Below are positions 12,609-13,197 of a stretch of DNA of 13,197 nt, one piece after another. The stretch is from Promethearchaeota archaeon (GTDB taxonomy: Archaea; Asgardarchaeota; Thorarchaeia; Thorarchaeales; Thorarchaeaceae), in the NCBI GenBank assembly GCA_027031765.1, contig JALVPN010000111.1, positions 1 through 13,197 of the forward strand, read 5' to 3'. The notes under the pieces are model-generated. The model saw nothing but the letters and a program-made list of their open reading frames with translations, did no database searches and was not told where the DNA came from. The translations under genes and the position numbers were made by a program. Position 1 is the stretch's first letter. Each line of letters begins with the position of its first letter.

Positions 12609-13197
12609 TCAGATCTCAGCAACGATTTCGGCGCACTCCTTCAGGTAGTCAGAGATGTGCTCCAGTTCGCGCACAATCTTCCGGAGGATGTAGCAGATGA
12701 AGTCGGACTCGCCCTCAGTGGCGACAGAGATCTGCCGACAGATGACTATGTTGTCCTCGTCAATCTCCCGTTCCAGGCGCATGACCGCCTGCAAGGTGTC
12801 TGCGGCCACCACAGGGTCGTCTTTCCTCTGTTCTGCGAGTTGGCGGAGGGTGGTGAACTGTTCATGCACCTTCGACGTTATCGTGGTGAGAGAGTCCATG
12901 TAGACCTCACCAAAGGACTGTCCGTGCACCATGTCGACCATGAGCAGGACATGGGCCAGGGTGCACTGGATTTTCAGCAGGTAGGACGAGGCGGCCTGTG
13001 CAGCAATGCCGAGGCCATCACGGGGCAGGCTCTGCGAGAACTCATACATTGAGACCCGGCCCGAGAGGTGTCTGGCCACCTTTCCCCGGAGGCGCTCCCA
13101 GTCCTGTTCATCAGGCACACGACTGCTCGTCAGCCTCTCCTCGAGGATTGCAGTGATCTTCTCCTGGCGGTCCAGTATCCTGCACAGCGATGTGAGG
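12609..13197 (-). CDS. PhoU-like domain protein. It is 5'-partial: the frame stays open to the window end.
   Basis: The C-terminus 'REIDEDNIVICRQISVATEGESDFICYILRKIVRELEHISDYLKECAEIVAEI' fits the PhoU repeat pattern (E-I-D...i-c-r-q-i...L-E-h-I-s-D-y-x-x-x-I-A-E, compare 'LERIGDHATNIAE'). An earlier 'YLLKIQCTLAHVLLMVD' is a plausible first repeat. The minus-strand frame is open from 13118 (a GTG the ORF finder used) up to 13197, so the true start is outside the window. The TGA stop at 12609-12611 lies 11 nt upstream of the nhaP GTG start. Confidence 0.5.
   Translation of the reverse strand, partial: LTSLCRILDRQEKITAILEERLTSSRVPDEQDWERLRGKVARHLSGRVSMYEFSQSLPRDGLGIAAQAASSYLLKIQCTLAHVLLMVDMVHGQSFGEVYMDSLTTITSKVHEQFTTLRQLAEQRKDDPVVAADTLQAVMRLEREIDEDNIVICRQISVATEGESDFICYILRKIVRELEHISDYLKECAEIVAEI

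Noticed and set aside
1-13197. Search for tRNA, rRNA, CRISPR repeats and transposase/integrase genes
   Set aside because: I found no GTTCGAATC-type T-arm motifs with cloverleaf context, no regularly spaced direct repeats, and no transposase-like ORFs or terminal inverted repeats.

Overview
This GC-rich, gene-dense 13.2 kb window is most consistent with an archaeal chromosome. An archaeal-type S-adenosylmethionine synthetase is unmistakable, short AT-rich TATA-like islands sit in otherwise GC-rich intergenic DNA, and several genes begin with GTG or TTG or are apparently leaderless. I could not find rRNA, tRNA, a CRISPR array, or transposase or integrase genes. I can support 13 protein-coding genes, two partial at the window edges:
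- a DUF89/ARMT1-like protein (5' partial)
- an SPFH/band-7 protein with a C-terminal double zinc ribbon
- a small polytopic membrane protein
- a short RNase Z-like MBL-fold hydrolase
- an actin-family protein that aligns almost collinearly with eukaryotic actin except for a deleted D-loop region
- a convergent two-gene unit, an unknown 120-aa protein followed by a Roadblock/LC7-like protein, whose stop codon overlaps the actin stop in a CTAG palindrome
- a large N-glycosylated secreted surface protein with a Thr/Ser-rich stalk and C-terminal membrane anchor
- a 186-aa hypothetical protein
- the archaeal MAT, divergently paired with an HTH(XRE)+CBS-pair regulator
- a 218-aa helical hypothetical protein
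- an NhaP-type Na+/H+ antiporter with a long coiled-coil tail, translationally coupled to a PhoU-like protein (partial).
Non-coding features include an 80-bp CCA(CA)n microsatellite just upstream of a promoter, two hairpin-plus-T-run terminators bracketing a ~300-bp unannotated convergent gap, and a canonical G-quadruplex motif 3' of MAT. The most interesting candidates are the eukaryote-like actin with its Roadblock neighbour, and the HTH-CBS regulator divergent from SAM synthetase as a possible SAM-sensing feedback circuit.
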